A stretch of 64,000 bases of DNA, from positions 96,001 to 160,000 of the forward strand of contig CAWDSK010000005.1 in assembly GCA_963804995.1 (NCBI GenBank). The letters are read 5' to 3'. This document shows, piece by piece, positions 38,940 to 50,543 of the stretch. Below the pieces are notes generated by a model. It saw only the letters and a program-made list of their open reading frames with translations, did no database searches and was not told where the DNA came from. Source of the stretch: an uncultured Acidobacteriota bacterium (GTDB taxonomy: Bacteria > Acidobacteriota > Terriglobia > UBA7540). The position numbers were made by a program, and so were the translations under genes. Position 1 is the stretch's first letter, and each line of letters starts with the position of its first letter.

Positions 38940-39460
38940 ATGCGACTCCTGATTGTTGAAGACAACGAGTATCTCGCGGAAGTCACCGCGCAACTTCTAC
39001 ACTCCTTCGACCGGCAAGCGCGGCGAACTCGAAGAGCATTACCATTGCCGGTGACCTTGAGACAGCCATCTACTTCCTTCCCGAGCACGATGCTGTCCTC
39101 TGTGACGGGCGGTTTCCAATTTCTCTTAACTCCCGCTTCATCGCGGAAGAGTGGGATGTGGTCCGGCACGAAGCCGACCGCCGAGGCATCCACTTTGTCC
39201 TCTACAGCGGCTGCGTCCCCGCTCTTCTTTCCGCGCGCGAGGCCAACACTCCGGCGCTTGCCAAACCCGCGCCCATAGAGGAAATCTATGCGGCAATTAC
39301 CGGTCCGAAGTCGGGTACCCACGGTCCGAAGTCAGGGGATGACACCTTGGGAATGGGGGGGAACTTGATTGCACGGAGTTCAGTGCTTGCGTGCGTCGCG
39401 CCAAGCCAGCCACAGGCAGCCATCGGCAGTCAAATCAAGCTGATTTCTGAGGGCGGATAG
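38940..39460 (+). CDS. Single-domain response regulator, frameshifted near 39026-39033
   Basis: MRLLIVEDN in one frame continues as SITIAGDLETAI..DAVLCDGRF..FVLYSG..ALAKP in another. Confidence 0.7.
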
Positions 39461-39482
39461 CTCGGAGCTAGAAGGGGGTTTT

Positions 39483-39725
39483 GTGCACCAGGCCTTCGAA
39501 CAATACTGTGAAGTAGTCAGGGCAAAAGCGGCCCAACTCGGAGAAGAAGCCGAGATGCGCGCCCGTTTCGAGCATCTTCGGGCCTTCAATTTTGGCCGCT
39601 CGATTCAGCACCTCGAAAACTCCCAACACGAGTTGCGGATGCGCTTGTGCTGGCTGCTGTTGGGGGCGGCAATGGGCGCTGCCTTGGTGGCGGGATTCCT
39701 GCACATGTTGGGTCGCGCACCCTAA
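39483..39725 (+). CDS. Small protein with a C-terminal TM helix
   Basis: Coherent 80-aa ORF with a hydrophobic tail. Confidence 0.5.
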   Translation: MHQAFEQYCEVVRAKAAQLGEEAEMRARFEHLRAFNFGRSIQHLENSQHELRMRLCWLLLGAAMGAALVAGFLHMLGRAP

Positions 39726-39950
39726 GGTTTAGGACCCACCCTGAACTTTTGAAGTCTTAAGCCTGCTCAGCTCATTCGCAGGCAGTGTTGAATAGGCCGG
39801 TACAGTTGAACCAATCGAAAAAGCTGAACCATCAACTTCTCAACTCTTCAATTCCATCGAAGCGGCGCCTCGAACGCCAGTCAAAATGCGAGGTTCCAAC
39901 CGCTCGATCGCTAAATCTCGAAATACTCGAATTTTTGCCGGAGGGGAAAA

Positions 39951-40175
39951 ATGAGATGTCCAAAGTGCGGAGCCATTACGGAAGTAAGACAGAAACGCGG
40001 GCCCTTTCGCGACCGCCGCTGCGTTAATCCAGCCTGCATTTTTGGTTTTACCACCTGCGAGAACCTCGCGACTCAGAACGAACACCAGCGCATAAACGCC
40101 AAGGCCCTGGCGCGGCGATGCGAAGAAGGCGTTTATTCACCTGCCGAGCTGCAGAAGGCAGCAGCCGCGGGGTAG
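39951..40175 (+). CDS. Small zinc-ribbon protein (Ogr/Delta- or NrdR N-terminus-like)
   Basis: MRCPKCG..RRCVNPAC..FTTCE; GGAGG RBS. Confidence 0.7.
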   Translation: MRCPKCGAITEVRQKRGPFRDRRCVNPACIFGFTTCENLATQNEHQRINAKALARRCEEGVYSPAELQKAAAAG

Positions 40176-40338
40176 GAACATGGACGTGGTTGATTGAAGG
40201 CCTTTGATTTGCATGAACCGGGGATCGCGAGAACAGCGATCAGCGGTCAGCAATCAGTTTGGGCTACTCTCCATACGCCGTCTGAGCGCATGGCAGATTG
40301 CACAACTCGCACCAGCCGCGATGTCTGCGTGGACTTCT

Positions 40339-41682
40339 TTAGGGAATGGGAAGCTGGGAGCGGTCCTGCCGCCGGGCGACCTTTTTTTGCAGCCTCTCCA
40401 GGCGGTGCGCGAAGCGGGGTGTGTGCTTTTGTAGGGCCAGGGCTTGCCCCGGCTCCAGGCCGGCCCCAGGGGCGGCTCCACCTGCCAGACGTTCGAGGGC
40501 GGCCAAGGTAAATTCCATCGCGCCTTTCGGATCGCGCCGATGGTGCTCGTAATGAATTGCCAACTCCTCCAAGGCTTCGAGAGCCAGCGGGGACGGCCGC
40601 CGGGTGAGCTCGAGCCAAGTCTCTACAGCCAATTCGTGTCGGTGCTGCCGCTTGTACTGCAAGGCCAACTGGTGCAGCGCTCGGGCCGCGATTTCTTCCG
40701 GCAAACCGCCGGAGAGGGCCCGCTGGCAGGTCTCAACCGATTGCTGCCTTGAGCCCGCGGTTTCAAACATGCGGCTGAGGCTGAAGAGATCCACGGGAGA
40801 GTCGAGGGTGCTCGCGCCCGCGTCGCCAATGGCTCGGGCCAATTCCACGGTCACGGCGGCGAGGGTGATGATATCCAGCGCATTGTGGTAGAACACGGGT
40901 TGGAGGCCGCGCGCGTCACCGGTGCGCAGGTAATCAAAGTAAATGCCGGGGATTTCTGAGCCGGCCACGTCGCCTTCGCGGCCGATTCCCAGCACCGCGC
41001 TTTCGAGGTCGGTCAGCTTGCAACTCTCCAGGCGCAGTTTCCAGAGGCGCCGGGCTGGGTGCAGGGCATCGAGGTGCAGCAGTCTCGCGAAAGGCGACCG
41101 CAACCGCGCCAGGGCGTAGCGGGTCTCGAGCAGCGGCACGTCGAACGTCTTTCCGTTGTAGGTTACCAGACCCTCGCAGGCCCCCAGCACTTCCGCCAAG
41201 TCTTGCAGGATGGCCTTCTCTTCCGGATAATCCCGCAAAAAGAACTGCCTCACTACGAATTGAGTTCCTTCGACCGTGCCGATCCCGATCAGGAACGCAC
41301 AGGTTCCCGTTCCACCTGCGAGGCCTGTGGTTTCGGTGTCGAGGTAAACCAGCCGCTCGGGCGCGGGCATGGCGGCCTGGGGGAAAAGCAGATTCAGCGG
41401 GGTTAAGTCGGCCGTCGAGATGTCACCGATGCGCAGCTTGCCGTAGGGCCTGCCGAAGGGAAAGGCCTGCCGGGCCACAAAGTATTCACCCCAATCGTTT
41501 TTGGCCAGGGCGCCATCCACGTACTCCTCGATGCCTTTGGCCACTCGCTGCGCGGGGAGCTGGCGCGGTTCGGGCGGCTGGTCCAGTCGACGCAGGTATT
41601 CGAGTGTTTGCTCGAGCTCGCGATCAGGGTCGCGAGGCTGGGCGGCCTTCTTAAGCTGGCGAAGTTTTTGATCGAGGTTCAC
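40339..41682 (-). CDS. YprB/MrfB-like RNase H-fold exonuclease with C-terminal TPRs
   Basis: YLDTETTGL, VTYNGKTFDVP, HLDALH, HNALD; LAIHYEH TPR; GTG start inferred. Confidence 0.88.
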   Translation of the reverse strand: MNLDQKLRQLKKAAQPRDPDRELEQTLEYLRRLDQPPEPRQLPAQRVAKGIEEYVDGALAKNDWGEYFVARQAFPFGRPYGKLRIGDISTADLTPLNLLFPQAAMPAPERLVYLDTETTGLAGGTGTCAFLIGIGTVEGTQFVVRQFFLRDYPEEKAILQDLAEVLGACEGLVTYNGKTFDVPLLETRYALARLRSPFARLLHLDALHPARRLWKLRLESCKLTDLESAVLGIGREGDVAGSEIPGIYFDYLRTGDARGLQPVFYHNALDIITLAAVTVELARAIGDAGASTLDSPVDLFSLSRMFETAGSRQQSVETCQRALSGGLPEEIAARALHQLALQYKRQHRHELAVETWLELTRRPSPLALEALEELAIHYEHHRRDPKGAMEFTLAALERLAGGAAPGAGLEPGQALALQKHTPRFAHRLERLQKKVARRQDRSQLPIP

Positions 41683-41734
41683 AAGCAAACCAAACCGCAG
41701 AGACGCAGAGACGCTGAGGGCGAAGCTTCGGTTT

Positions 41735-44220
41735 TCAAATCTCAGCGCCTCCGCGCCTCTGCGGTGAGACAGTGTCAATCATACGGCGTAGAATCTCCAG
41801 CGCGACCTCTTTCCCTTTTTCTCCGATTTCCCCCACCGGCCCCACGCAGGAGGGGCATCCCGTGGGGCAGGGGCACTCTGCGATCAGCTTGTGAGTCTTC
41901 TGAGCAACGAGTCGGCCAGCCGGAACAGCGGCTCGCTCAGCCCCACGCCTCCGGGGTAGGAATCGTAGAGATAGATGTTAGGCTCGAACACCTTTCGCAC
42001 CACCGTGCGCTTGCCCAGCTTTTCGATGGGAGCTTCGGGTTCTCCGGAAACTTCCAGCTCGGCGTTCTCTCCCACGGAAGTCCCCAGGTCACGAGCGTCG
42101 CACATGACGAGCAGCGTGGCAATAGCTCCCAGGGCATTCGCGAGGCCGTTCACGCCGTCGAGCCGCTCGGTGGAATTGTAAGGCAAGGTATCCATCATGG
42201 GGCGTGGCAGGGTCAGCCAAAACGCGGTGGTGTGCATCTCCTGCTCAGGCAGGGTCAGCTCACCCGAGCCTACGTTTTCCATGGTGTAGAACTTGATCTT
42301 CTTGAAGCCTACCACCTGTGTGTTTACCTGAACTTCGCCGTGATTCTTGCTCGCGGCCCCGCCTGCAGGCCGAAGCTTGAATGCTGTCTCCCCATCGGCC
42401 GTAGGCCCTTGGGCGGGCGTAGGCCCAGCCGGAGCGGAGTCGAACGTCTCCAGGATTTTGATTTTGGTGTATGAGATGGCGTCAGTGAAGTATTCGGAAT
42501 CAACATGATGCACGTAGGCCTTCCGATCGTCGTAGTCGAGGCGCTCGACGTGATATTGCACGCCATCCTGGATGTAGATGGCTTTCTCGTGCAGCGTGGT
42601 GAGGGCGCTGGAGAAGTCCGTCTCACCGATCACCCGCGGTTCGTGCGTGTTATCCACGATCACGAAGTTGTCCGAGGAAACGGAGCGCAGGCTGATGGCG
42701 TCGGCGGGATAGCTTTCCGACAGCCAGTGCCAACCGTCTGAGGTGTGATGCAGAAAGCCGGTCTCTTCCAGGTGCTCGCAGAGCCGCTTTAGATCGAGTG
42801 CGCCGAATTTTTCGTCCTCGCGCAAGGGCAATTCGAATGCCGCGCACTTCAGATGATTGAGAAGGATAAAGAGATTGTCGGGGTTCACGTAGCCGTGCTC
42901 GGGGGAGCGGCCGAAAAAGTACTCAGGGTTCTGCACCATGAATTGGTCGAGCGGGGCGCTCGAGGCGATGAGCACTGCGGCTGAGATTCCTTGTCGACGC
43001 CCGGCGCGGCCCGCGCGTTGCCAGGTGGAGGCAATCGTTCCCGGATACGCGGCGAGCAGCGCCACATCCAGGCTGCCGATATCGATTCCGAGTTCGAGAG
43101 CGTTGGTCGCCACCACACCGCGCAACTGGCCGCTGCGCAAGTCACGCTCAATGGCGCGGCGCTCCAGCGGCAAGTAGCCTCCGCGATATCCACGCACCGC
43201 TTCCGGCCCCGCGGGCGCTTGTGAGAAATCTTCCTTGAGATAAGTCACCAGGATTTCAGTGGCCAGGCGGCTGTTGGCGAAGACGATGGTCTGAAGCCCG
43301 CGCGAGAGGAAGGTCCGCGCCAGGCGCCGCGTTTCATTCAAGTACGACCGGCGGATCCCCAACTGCGGGTTGACCACGGGCGGGTTGTAACAGACGAAGT
43401 ATTTCTCCGCCGCCGGCGCCCCGTTGTCGTCAATGAGCGTCACATCCTCTTCCAGGATGCGGGCGGCAAGCTCTTGAGGATTGGCAATCGTCGCCGAGGT
43501 ACAAATGAACTGCGGATGACTTCCGTAAAAATGTGCCACGCGCTTGAGCCGGCGCAGGACATTACCCAGGTGGCTGCCCAGAACCCCGCGATAGTAGTGC
43601 AGCTCGTCGATGACCACGTAGCGCAGGTTTTCAAACAGCCGCTGCCACTTGGTGTGGTGAGGCAGGATGCCGGCGTGCAGCATGTCAGGATTGGTGATCA
43701 CCAGATTGCCGCGCGCGCGAATGGCTTTGCGAGCATCCTGCGGCGTGTCACCGTCGTAAGTGAAGGTGCGAATTTCATCGCCGAGCTGCTCGGTCCAGCG
43801 ATTCAGCTCTACGAGCTGGTCCTGCGAGAGGGCTTTGGTGGGGAAAAGATAAAGCGCATGAGCCTCAGGGTTCTCAATAAGCTCGCTCAGGATCGGCAGG
43901 TTGTAACACAAGGTCTTGCCCGATGCCGTGGGCGTGACGACCACCAGGTTCTTGCCCTCACGCGCCAGATCGAAGGCCAGCGCCTGGTGGGTATACAATG
44001 AGGGAAACCCGCGAGCCTTCAGAACCTCCGCAAGCCGGGAGGGCAGAGAAGTGGGGAAGGGCGCCACGCGCGGCTCGCGAGCGGGGAAGTGCCGGATTGC
44101 GGTCACGCCGCCTTGGGCACGTGAGGCACGGAACTTTTCTGCGATTTCCTTGAGCGCGCTTTCGACGGGGGCGAGATCCTTCGGTTGGAAGCTTATTAAG
44201 GCGTCGGCTTTCGGTTCCAT
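41735..44220 (-). CDS. YprA/MrfA-like DEAH helicase with DUF1998; -1 frameshift near 41901
   Basis: TPTASGKT, PTKALSQDQ, DELH, ATNALELGIDIG, QRAGRAGR; the alternate frame restores KTHKLIAECPCPTGCPSCVGP. Confidence 0.92.
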
Positions 44221-44759
44221 CCCAAATCCCTTCCCAAGTGTCAGGCATTAGATTGACAAAAGCGACTATCCCACCACTCCCCAATAATAGGCCCTATACG
44301 GTGCTCCGATCAGGGTTGTCCCATGCCTTCGCCTTTTATTCGCTCACTTTAGCACAGTCAGGAGGCCGCTCAAAGAAGAGAGTTAGAAGGAATGGGGATC
44401 TTATCTCCCAGCGCGGTTGTAGGCCGCAAGATTTCACCAAGGCGCCGATAGAGGTCACGGAGAGCAGGTTCAGATGAAGAATTTGGGTTAACAAGTTAAG
44501 GAGCCGCCCGCCCTTGCGGCGCAAGCAGGAGTTCTTTTCTCAGTGATCTCTGTGTGCTCCGTGGTAGGCCCTTCCTGCCGCCTGAAGAAAACGAATCAGC
44601 CGGGCGAAATATCCGGCAAGACACGTCCGGGGTCGAAAGAATCGGGCATACAGTCGATTGACTTTGCCCTTTCATAATCTGATAATCTGGGTTGGGAAGA
44701 GTCGAAGTCTGCTGTGGGAACTGGAATTTCTGCCGGCACCTAACGTCCTACGAGGGACT

Positions 44760-46874
44760 ATGTCTACCACTACAAACCATGTCCTGAAGGCTGCCAAGCT
44801 CTCACGGGGGTTACTTCTGGGCGCGTACCGAACCATGTACACATCGCGCCGCGTGGATGAAAAAGAGATCCAGCTCAAGCGTCAGAATCGAGCCTTTTTC
44901 CAGATCAACGGGGTGGGGCACGAATGCATCGGTGTCGCCACAGCATTGCACCTCAGACCTGGATACGACTGGTTTTATCCTTACTATCGCGACCGGGCAT
45001 TCTGTCTCCAGATTGGCATGACGCCGCACGAGATGCTGCTGGCTTCCGTGGGAGCGAAGGACGATCCCGTCTGCGGCGGCCGTCAGATGCCTTCGCATTG
45101 GGGATCGAAGAAGCTTCACATCATAACGGGCTCGAGCCCCACCGGCACACGCATCCTGCATGCTGTGGGTGCGGCGGAAGCCAGTTGGTACTTCTCCCAA
45201 ATCCAGGAAGCGGCGGAGCTTGCCTCCAGTTTTCACGATGACGAGGTCGCTTACGTCTCACTGGGCGACGGCGCTTCGAGCGAAGGTGAATTTTGGGAGT
45301 CGCTCAACTGGGCTTGCGGCCGGAAGCTGCCGGTCCTTTACGTGGTCCAGGACAATGGCTACGCGATCTCGGTGCCGGTCGATATCCAGACCGCCGGGGG
45401 AAGCATTTCCCGCCTGGTGCGAAGTTTTCCCAATCTGCTGACGCTGGAGTGTGATGGCACGGATTTTCCCGAGAGCTACGAGGCGGTGGGGAAGGCGGTC
45501 GAGCACGTCCGCCAGCGGAAGGGGCCGGCGCTGATTCATGCTCACGTGGTTCGTCCCTACTCGCATTCGCTCTCTGATGACGAGCGGACGTACAAGCCGG
45601 AGGAAGTTCGCCAACAGGAAGCCAAGCGTGACCCGGTCATCCGGCTGGCCAAGCTCCTCCAACAAGAAAAGCTGGTCACGGAAAGGGAGTTGAAGGAGAT
45701 GGAGGCGGAGGTCGAGCATGGCGTGCGCGAGGCCGCGGACCGGGCGCTCGAGGCCGAGCCCGTCTCGCCTGACACCGTGCTGCGGTACATCTACTCGCCC
45801 AGCGCGGATCCCACCTCCGGGCAATTCGATCATCCGCCCAAGTTTCACGGTGAGCCCAAGACGATGGTGGACCTCATCAACGCCTGCCTGCGGGACGAGA
45901 TGACCCGCGATCCGCGCGTGGTGGTCTTTGGCGAGGACGTTGCCGACTGCGGCCATGAAAGCGATTTGACGAAAGTAAAAGGCAAGGGCGGTGTTTTCAA
46001 AGTCACCCACGGCTTGCAGAGGCATTTCGGCGGCACGCGCTGCTACGACACATCCCTGGCGGAAGCCTGCATCGTGGGCCGCGCCATCGGCATGGCCACG
46101 CGAGGGCTGAAGCCCGTGGTGGAGATTCAGTTCTTTGATTACATCTGGCCGGCGATGATGCAGATTCGGGATGAAATGATCAACCTGCGCTGGCGGTCCA
46201 ATAATATGTTTGCCTGCCCGCTGGTCATCCGTGCGCCCATCGGCGGCTACCTGGCGGGCGGCGCCATTTACCACAGCCAGTCCGGGGAATCGATCTTCAC
46301 TCACCTGCCGGGACTGCGCGTGGTGATGCCCTCCACCGCGCTCGATGCCAACGGCTTGCTGCGCACGGCGATCCGTTCCGACGACCCGGTGCTCTTCCTT
46401 GAGCCCAAACATCTCTACCGCCAGACGCACAATCGCTCCCCCTACCCGGGACCCGATTACATGATTCCCTTCGGCAAAGCCAAGCTGGTGCGCGAGGGGA
46501 CGTCGTTGACGATTGTGACTTATGGATCGCTGGTGGTTCGCTCCGTACAGGCCGCCAAGGTTCTGGAGCAAGAGGGAATTCAGCCGGAGATCCTGGATTT
46601 GCGCTCCCTCAGCCCCTATGACTGGGATCTGATTGCGGCGTCGGTGAAAAAGACGAACCGCGTCCTGGTTCTTCACGAGGATTGTATCTCCTGGGGCTAC
46701 GGAGCCGAGATTGCCGCCCGGATTGCCGATGAGCTGTTTGAGTTCCTCGATGCGCCGGTGCGCCGCCTGGCGGGGAAGGACGTCTTCGTTCCCTATCACC
46801 CCGTGCAGGAAGATGCGGTGCTTCCCCAACCCGCGGATATTGTGCAGGTGGCGACAGCCTTAGCGGCGTACTGA
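44760..46874 (+). CDS. Fused 2-oxoacid (branched-chain-type) dehydrogenase E1 alpha/beta
   Basis: [16 protein letters not shown] ThDP motif, [30 protein letters not shown]. Confidence 0.93.
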   Translation: MSTTTNHVLKAAKLSRGLLLGAYRTMYTSRRVDEKEIQLKRQNRAFFQINGVGHECIGVATALHLRPGYDWFYPYYRDRAFCLQIGMTPHEMLLASVGAKDDPVCGGRQMPSHWGSKKLHIITGSSPTGTRILHAVGAAEASWYFSQIQEAAELASSFHDDEVAYVSLGDGASSEGEFWESLNWACGRKLPVLYVVQDNGYAISVPVDIQTAGGSISRLVRSFPNLLTLECDGTDFPESYEAVGKAVEHVRQRKGPALIHAHVVRPYSHSLSDDERTYKPEEVRQQEAKRDPVIRLAKLLQQEKLVTERELKEMEAEVEHGVREAADRALEAEPVSPDTVLRYIYSPSADPTSGQFDHPPKFHGEPKTMVDLINACLRDEMTRDPRVVVFGEDVADCGHESDLTKVKGKGGVFKVTHGLQRHFGGTRCYDTSLAEACIVGRAIGMATRGLKPVVEIQFFDYIWPAMMQIRDEMINLRWRSNNMFACPLVIRAPIGGYLAGGAIYHSQSGESIFTHLPGLRVVMPSTALDANGLLRTAIRSDDPVLFLEPKHLYRQTHNRSPYPGPDYMIPFGKAKLVREGTSLTIVTYGSLVVRSVQAAKVLEQEGIQPEILDLRSLSPYDWDLIAASVKKTNRVLVLHEDCISWGYGAEIAARIADELFEFLDAPVRRLAGKDVFVPYHPVQEDAVLPQPADIVQVATALAAY

Positions 46875-47011
46875 ATAGGGATTTGGGGTTAGGGATTAGG
46901 GATTGGGGGTCCAGGACACCAACTCCTTTGTTTATTTGCGGCCCCATTTGATTTCATCATCGGATTCTGAAAATCCAAATCTCGCCCGATTCCCCTATTT
47001 CGAATCCTGAG

Positions 47012-47067
47012 CCCCAAACCCCAAACCCCAAACCCCAAACCCCAAACCCCAAACCCCAAACCCCTAA
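47012..47067. repeat. Heptamer microsatellite (CCCCAAA)x7 plus CCCCTAA
   Basis: Counted directly from the sequence. Confidence 0.95.
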
Positions 47068-47121
47068 CCTCACCCGACCTCCTCGGCCCTCGTCGAGCCG
47101 GACATGCAGATTTCCCTCCTC

Positions 47122-47526
47122 ATTTGATTCATTTTCTTACCTGACACCGCCGATTATCGATATGGGAAAGTGTGACACGGCAGGAGGGTGATCGGTTGGG
47201 TGCTGGGCCGTCAGTTCATCAGCACAAGGCAAGAATCCATAGCCCTCTCCGAGGGGAGAGGGTGGACCGCCGCCGGCGCTTTTATCAGCCGGGGCGGGAC
47301 GGGTGAGGGGTCACTTTGTGATGAGGTAGATGGGCCGAGGATCATGACCGCCTACCTCCCAAGGTGCGGCACTTATGCGCCACGACGGTAATCGGGAGAT
47401 CGGGACAATGAGGCTTTGAGTGATTTTGCGATTGGGCGATTTGGTAATTTTCAAACCTCCAGCCGATTTTTGGCTCAGGTTTGGGTACCAACGCGCCGAT
47501 AACCGATACGGGGAAGTGTGTCACGG
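47122..47526 (+). repeat. Two further family D copies (cores at 47149 and 47495), each followed by a CCCTCTCCGAGGGGAGAGGG palindromic REP (47242, 47599)
   Basis: TTCAT-N16-GCCGATTATCG..GGGAAAGTGTGACAC and CTCAG-N16-GCCGATAACCG..GGGGAAGTGTGTCAC. Confidence 0.8.
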
Positions 47527-48068
47527 TGCGGTTGGGGGTCTGTTGGGGGAATGGAGCAGCGGGACATCGGTTAATCAGCAAGAGGTGAGAAGTCATGGCC
47601 CTCTCCGAGGGGAGAGGGTGGCGCGCTGCCAGCGTTTTCATCAGCCGGGGCGCGACGGGCCTACGCCCACCGAAGGGGCACATGGAGACTGTAAACAACT
47701 TCGGCTTCGGCCCGCAGGCGGGTGAGGGGTCACTTCCCAGGCGGTGCATATTGACCGAACGTTGTGACCGCATACATGCCAAAATACGCCACGTATGCGC
47801 CACCCCCCCAATTCCCAACCCCGAACCCCTAACCCCGAGCTTTGCGGGGCGGCGGACCTCCCTGACACGGCCGAATGGTGTGGTAGCGCAGACCTCCGCT
47901 TTTGAGGTCTGCGGTTCTTCGTAAAGTTCACGCTATCGAATCCGAGGGCGGTCCCCCTCATGGTCATCTGAGATTTATCGCAGGAAGAGCCGCGGACCTC
48001 AAATGCGGAGGTCCGCGCTACGCTCCTTCTCGCGCCGGCTCGGCGTCTTGCGGTACCTGCCGGGGAGC

Positions 48069-48164
48069 GCCGGCTACACCTACGACGCGGCGGGGAATCG
48101 CACCAGCAAGACGGCCGTCCAGCAGGCGGACCCCAATCCCGTTTCGACCGCGTACATGCCATAA
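48069..48164 (+). pseudogene. RHS/YD-repeat fragment
   Basis: AGYTYDAAGNRTSKT translated between two REPs. Confidence 0.5.
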
Positions 48165-48353
48165 TGCGGGGCGCCAGCCTGCCGATGCATCGGGGCGGTT
48201 CTTCGTGTGTCATCTGAGTGAATGTATCGTGGCAAATACGCCGCCTGAGTTTGGGATTTGAGGAATTTTTCAAATGAAGTACCGCGGACCCCAAAAACGG
48301 GGGACCGCGCTACAAAGCTGATTCCCTAATTACGTGTCCCGTGCCCCGCTCTA

Positions 48354-48509
48354 TCAGCCGATTCCGAGTTCATCAATCTTCTCGAGCGGCGTTCCACACT
48401 TGCGGCAGATGACTGCCGCGCAGTCGCCACACACGAGCGGCTCTGATACTTCCTCTTTGCAAACCGGGCAGTAGAGGGCCTCGCGTTCGCCATCTGTCGA
48501 GTCGGCCAT
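48354..48509 (-). CDS. 51-aa Cys-rich protein, below the ORF-track cutoff
   Basis: AGGAGG RBS; MADSTDGEREALYCPVCKEEVSEPLVCGDCAAVICRKCGTPLEKIDELGIG with three CxxC pairs. Confidence 0.8.
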   Translation of the reverse strand: MADSTDGEREALYCPVCKEEVSEPLVCGDCAAVICRKCGTPLEKIDELGIG

Positions 48510-48519
48510 TCATTCCTCC

Positions 48520-49198
48520 TTATGATTTGCCCCGCGGCCAAGCATCCTGAGAAACGGAACTGCCGCCGAGGCTGGCAAGGAATTCGCGCAACGCCTTCTG
48601 AACCTCTTCCAGCTTTCCGGTAAAAAAGTGGTCGGCGTCCTGGACCCAGTGAATCTGTTTTGGCTCCGCGAGGCGGTCATAGAGCGCTTGGACCTCGGCA
48701 CGCGATCCGAATTCATCGCGGGTTCCCTGGATGAGCAGTTTCGGTTTGCGCACGTCCAGAAGGAAACTGAAGTCGCTCGAGTCCACCGGCACGCCCAAAC
48801 CTACGAGCGTAGAAACGCGCGGGTCGGTCGCTCCCACGGCCAAGCCCACCCAGGATCCGAAAGAGAATCCCATCAAACAAACTGGCAATCCCGGAAAGCG
48901 TGCCGCAAGGAAGTCCAGAGCCGCACGAACATCTTCGCGTTCGCCGACGCCTGAAGCATGGTTCCCCGCGCTCTTGCCCGCTCCCCGGAAGTTGAAACGA
49001 AGGGTGGGGAGGCCGACTTCGATCGCGGCCTTGGCGGCGCGAAAGACCACCTTGTTGTGCATCGTCCCGCCGTAAAGCGGGTGCGGGTGGCAAACCAGGG
49101 CCACCCGAGCCGGGGCGGGCTGGGGATTCCACTCGAGCAACGCTTCGAGCGCTCCATCCGGCCCGGGAATAAAGAGTCTCTCGATCTTCGTAATTCAC
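48520..49198 (-). CDS. Alpha/beta-fold hydrolase (probable +1 indel near the start)
   Basis: CHPHPLYGGTMHNKVV, LRFNFRGAG, GFSFG, QGTRDEF, ADHFF; upstream in-frame LFIPGPDGALEA. Confidence 0.9.
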
Positions 49199-49565
49199 CT
49201 CCGGGACACGTCATGCCCATAGACGGGCCAAATTTCCCTTGCCGCCGTTCCACGGTAGTGGTGCAGTTTGACGTAGAGGCGGCGGCATACATCCCGATCT
49301 GATCGGGACGCCGCCATGTGGCGAGGTAAACTCGCCGCTACAACATCAAACTGCACCACCCCCCCTCCCACAGCCCAGCGCATCGCCTCGAACCAGATAG
49401 TGTAGAATGAAGGCGAGTCACGCGTCATCTATCGGATGGGGGTTGGCGCAAACAAGTGTGAAGCGCAGGACGGGCTTCGGGAACGGTCGCCGCTCCAGCC
49501 GATTTGCTGAACGAACTTCTCGGTCAAGACGTAAGTGAGGTAATTCCATTCGGCTCAAAATCCTT

Positions 49566-50543
49566 TTGCTCTTTTTGCTCGTTGCGGGTGGGTCTTCTGC
49601 CTATTACTACTTTGTGTATAGGCCCGCGCACCAGGCGGTTGTCGAGTTCGCATACGTATTGGCCCCCAGCACGGAAATGGTGGATACGCCGGCCGAAGTG
49701 CGCATCGTGGTCGGCTCCTTGAAGGGCGGCGACCGCCTCGAAGTAATCAGCCGCACGCGCAACTGGGCGCGGGTCAAGACCTCCGAGGGGCTCACGGGTT
49801 GGGTGGAATTGAAGGACCTGCTCGATTCCCAAACCTATGAGGAAGGCCAGCAATTGCTCCGCGGGTTGGCCGGCCTTCTCGCCCAGGCCGACGGCCACAC
49901 CAGCGGCATCGTCAACCTGCGCCTGGAACCGTCGCGAGATGGAGCGCAGCTTGGCCAATTGACGGAAAGCCAGAAGGTGCAAGTTTTTGGCCGGCGTCTG
50001 GTGGACCGGCCCGCTCCGCCGGACCAACCGTCGGCGCCTAAGGTTCGTGACGCGTGGTATCTGGTTCGAGCCAACGGCCACGCGGGCTGGGTGCTGGGAC
50101 GGTTCGTTGCTCTCAACATCCCCGCCGCGTTGTCGCCCTATGCCCAGGGGTCGAACATGGTGGCATGGGTCGTCATCAAGACGGTTACCGATGGGGACCA
50201 ATCAGTTCCTGAGTATCTTGTCGCCGACCGCATGGGCACGCAAGATGTAGACTTCACCCACATCCGCGTTTTCACCTGGTGGGTGAAGAATCACCATTAC
50301 GTGACGGCTTACGTGGAGAGCGATTTGAAGGGTTTCTTTCCGATTCGCGTGGCGGTCCTCAATGGCGCTCCTTATTTCCGTTTGCGGCTGGTGGACGATC
50401 AGGGGGAAAAATTTCAGAAGGTGTACCGGATGTTTGACACTATTACTCGGGCCGTAGGGACAGTGCCGGGTTGGGAAAGTGACGCGTTGCCGACCGCCTC
50501 CCAGCCCCATCACCCCAAGCACCCGGGACGGCGAAAGAAATGA
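49566..50543 (+). CDS. Membrane-anchored tandem SH3b-domain protein (start uncertain)
   Basis: GDRLEVI..WARVKT..GWV and NLRLEP..WYLVRANGHAGWV. Confidence 0.8.
   Translation: MLFLLVAGGSSAYYYFVYRPAHQAVVEFAYVLAPSTEMVDTPAEVRIVVGSLKGGDRLEVISRTRNWARVKTSEGLTGWVELKDLLDSQTYEEGQQLLRGLAGLLAQADGHTSGIVNLRLEPSRDGAQLGQLTESQKVQVFGRRLVDRPAPPDQPSAPKVRDAWYLVRANGHAGWVLGRFVALNIPAALSPYAQGSNMVAWVVIKTVTDGDQSVPEYLVADRMGTQDVDFTHIRVFTWWVKNHHYVTAYVESDLKGFFPIRVAVLNGAPYFRLRLVDDQGEKFQKVYRMFDTITRAVGTVPGWESDALPTASQPHHPKHPGRRKK

Noticed and set aside
38525..38959. Overlapping ORFs 38525..38959 and 38587..38952
   Set aside because: No clear RBS or motif, and the real frame, if any, cannot be determined
35695..40175. Intact prophage
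   Set aside because: No integrase, att repeats, terminase or structural genes
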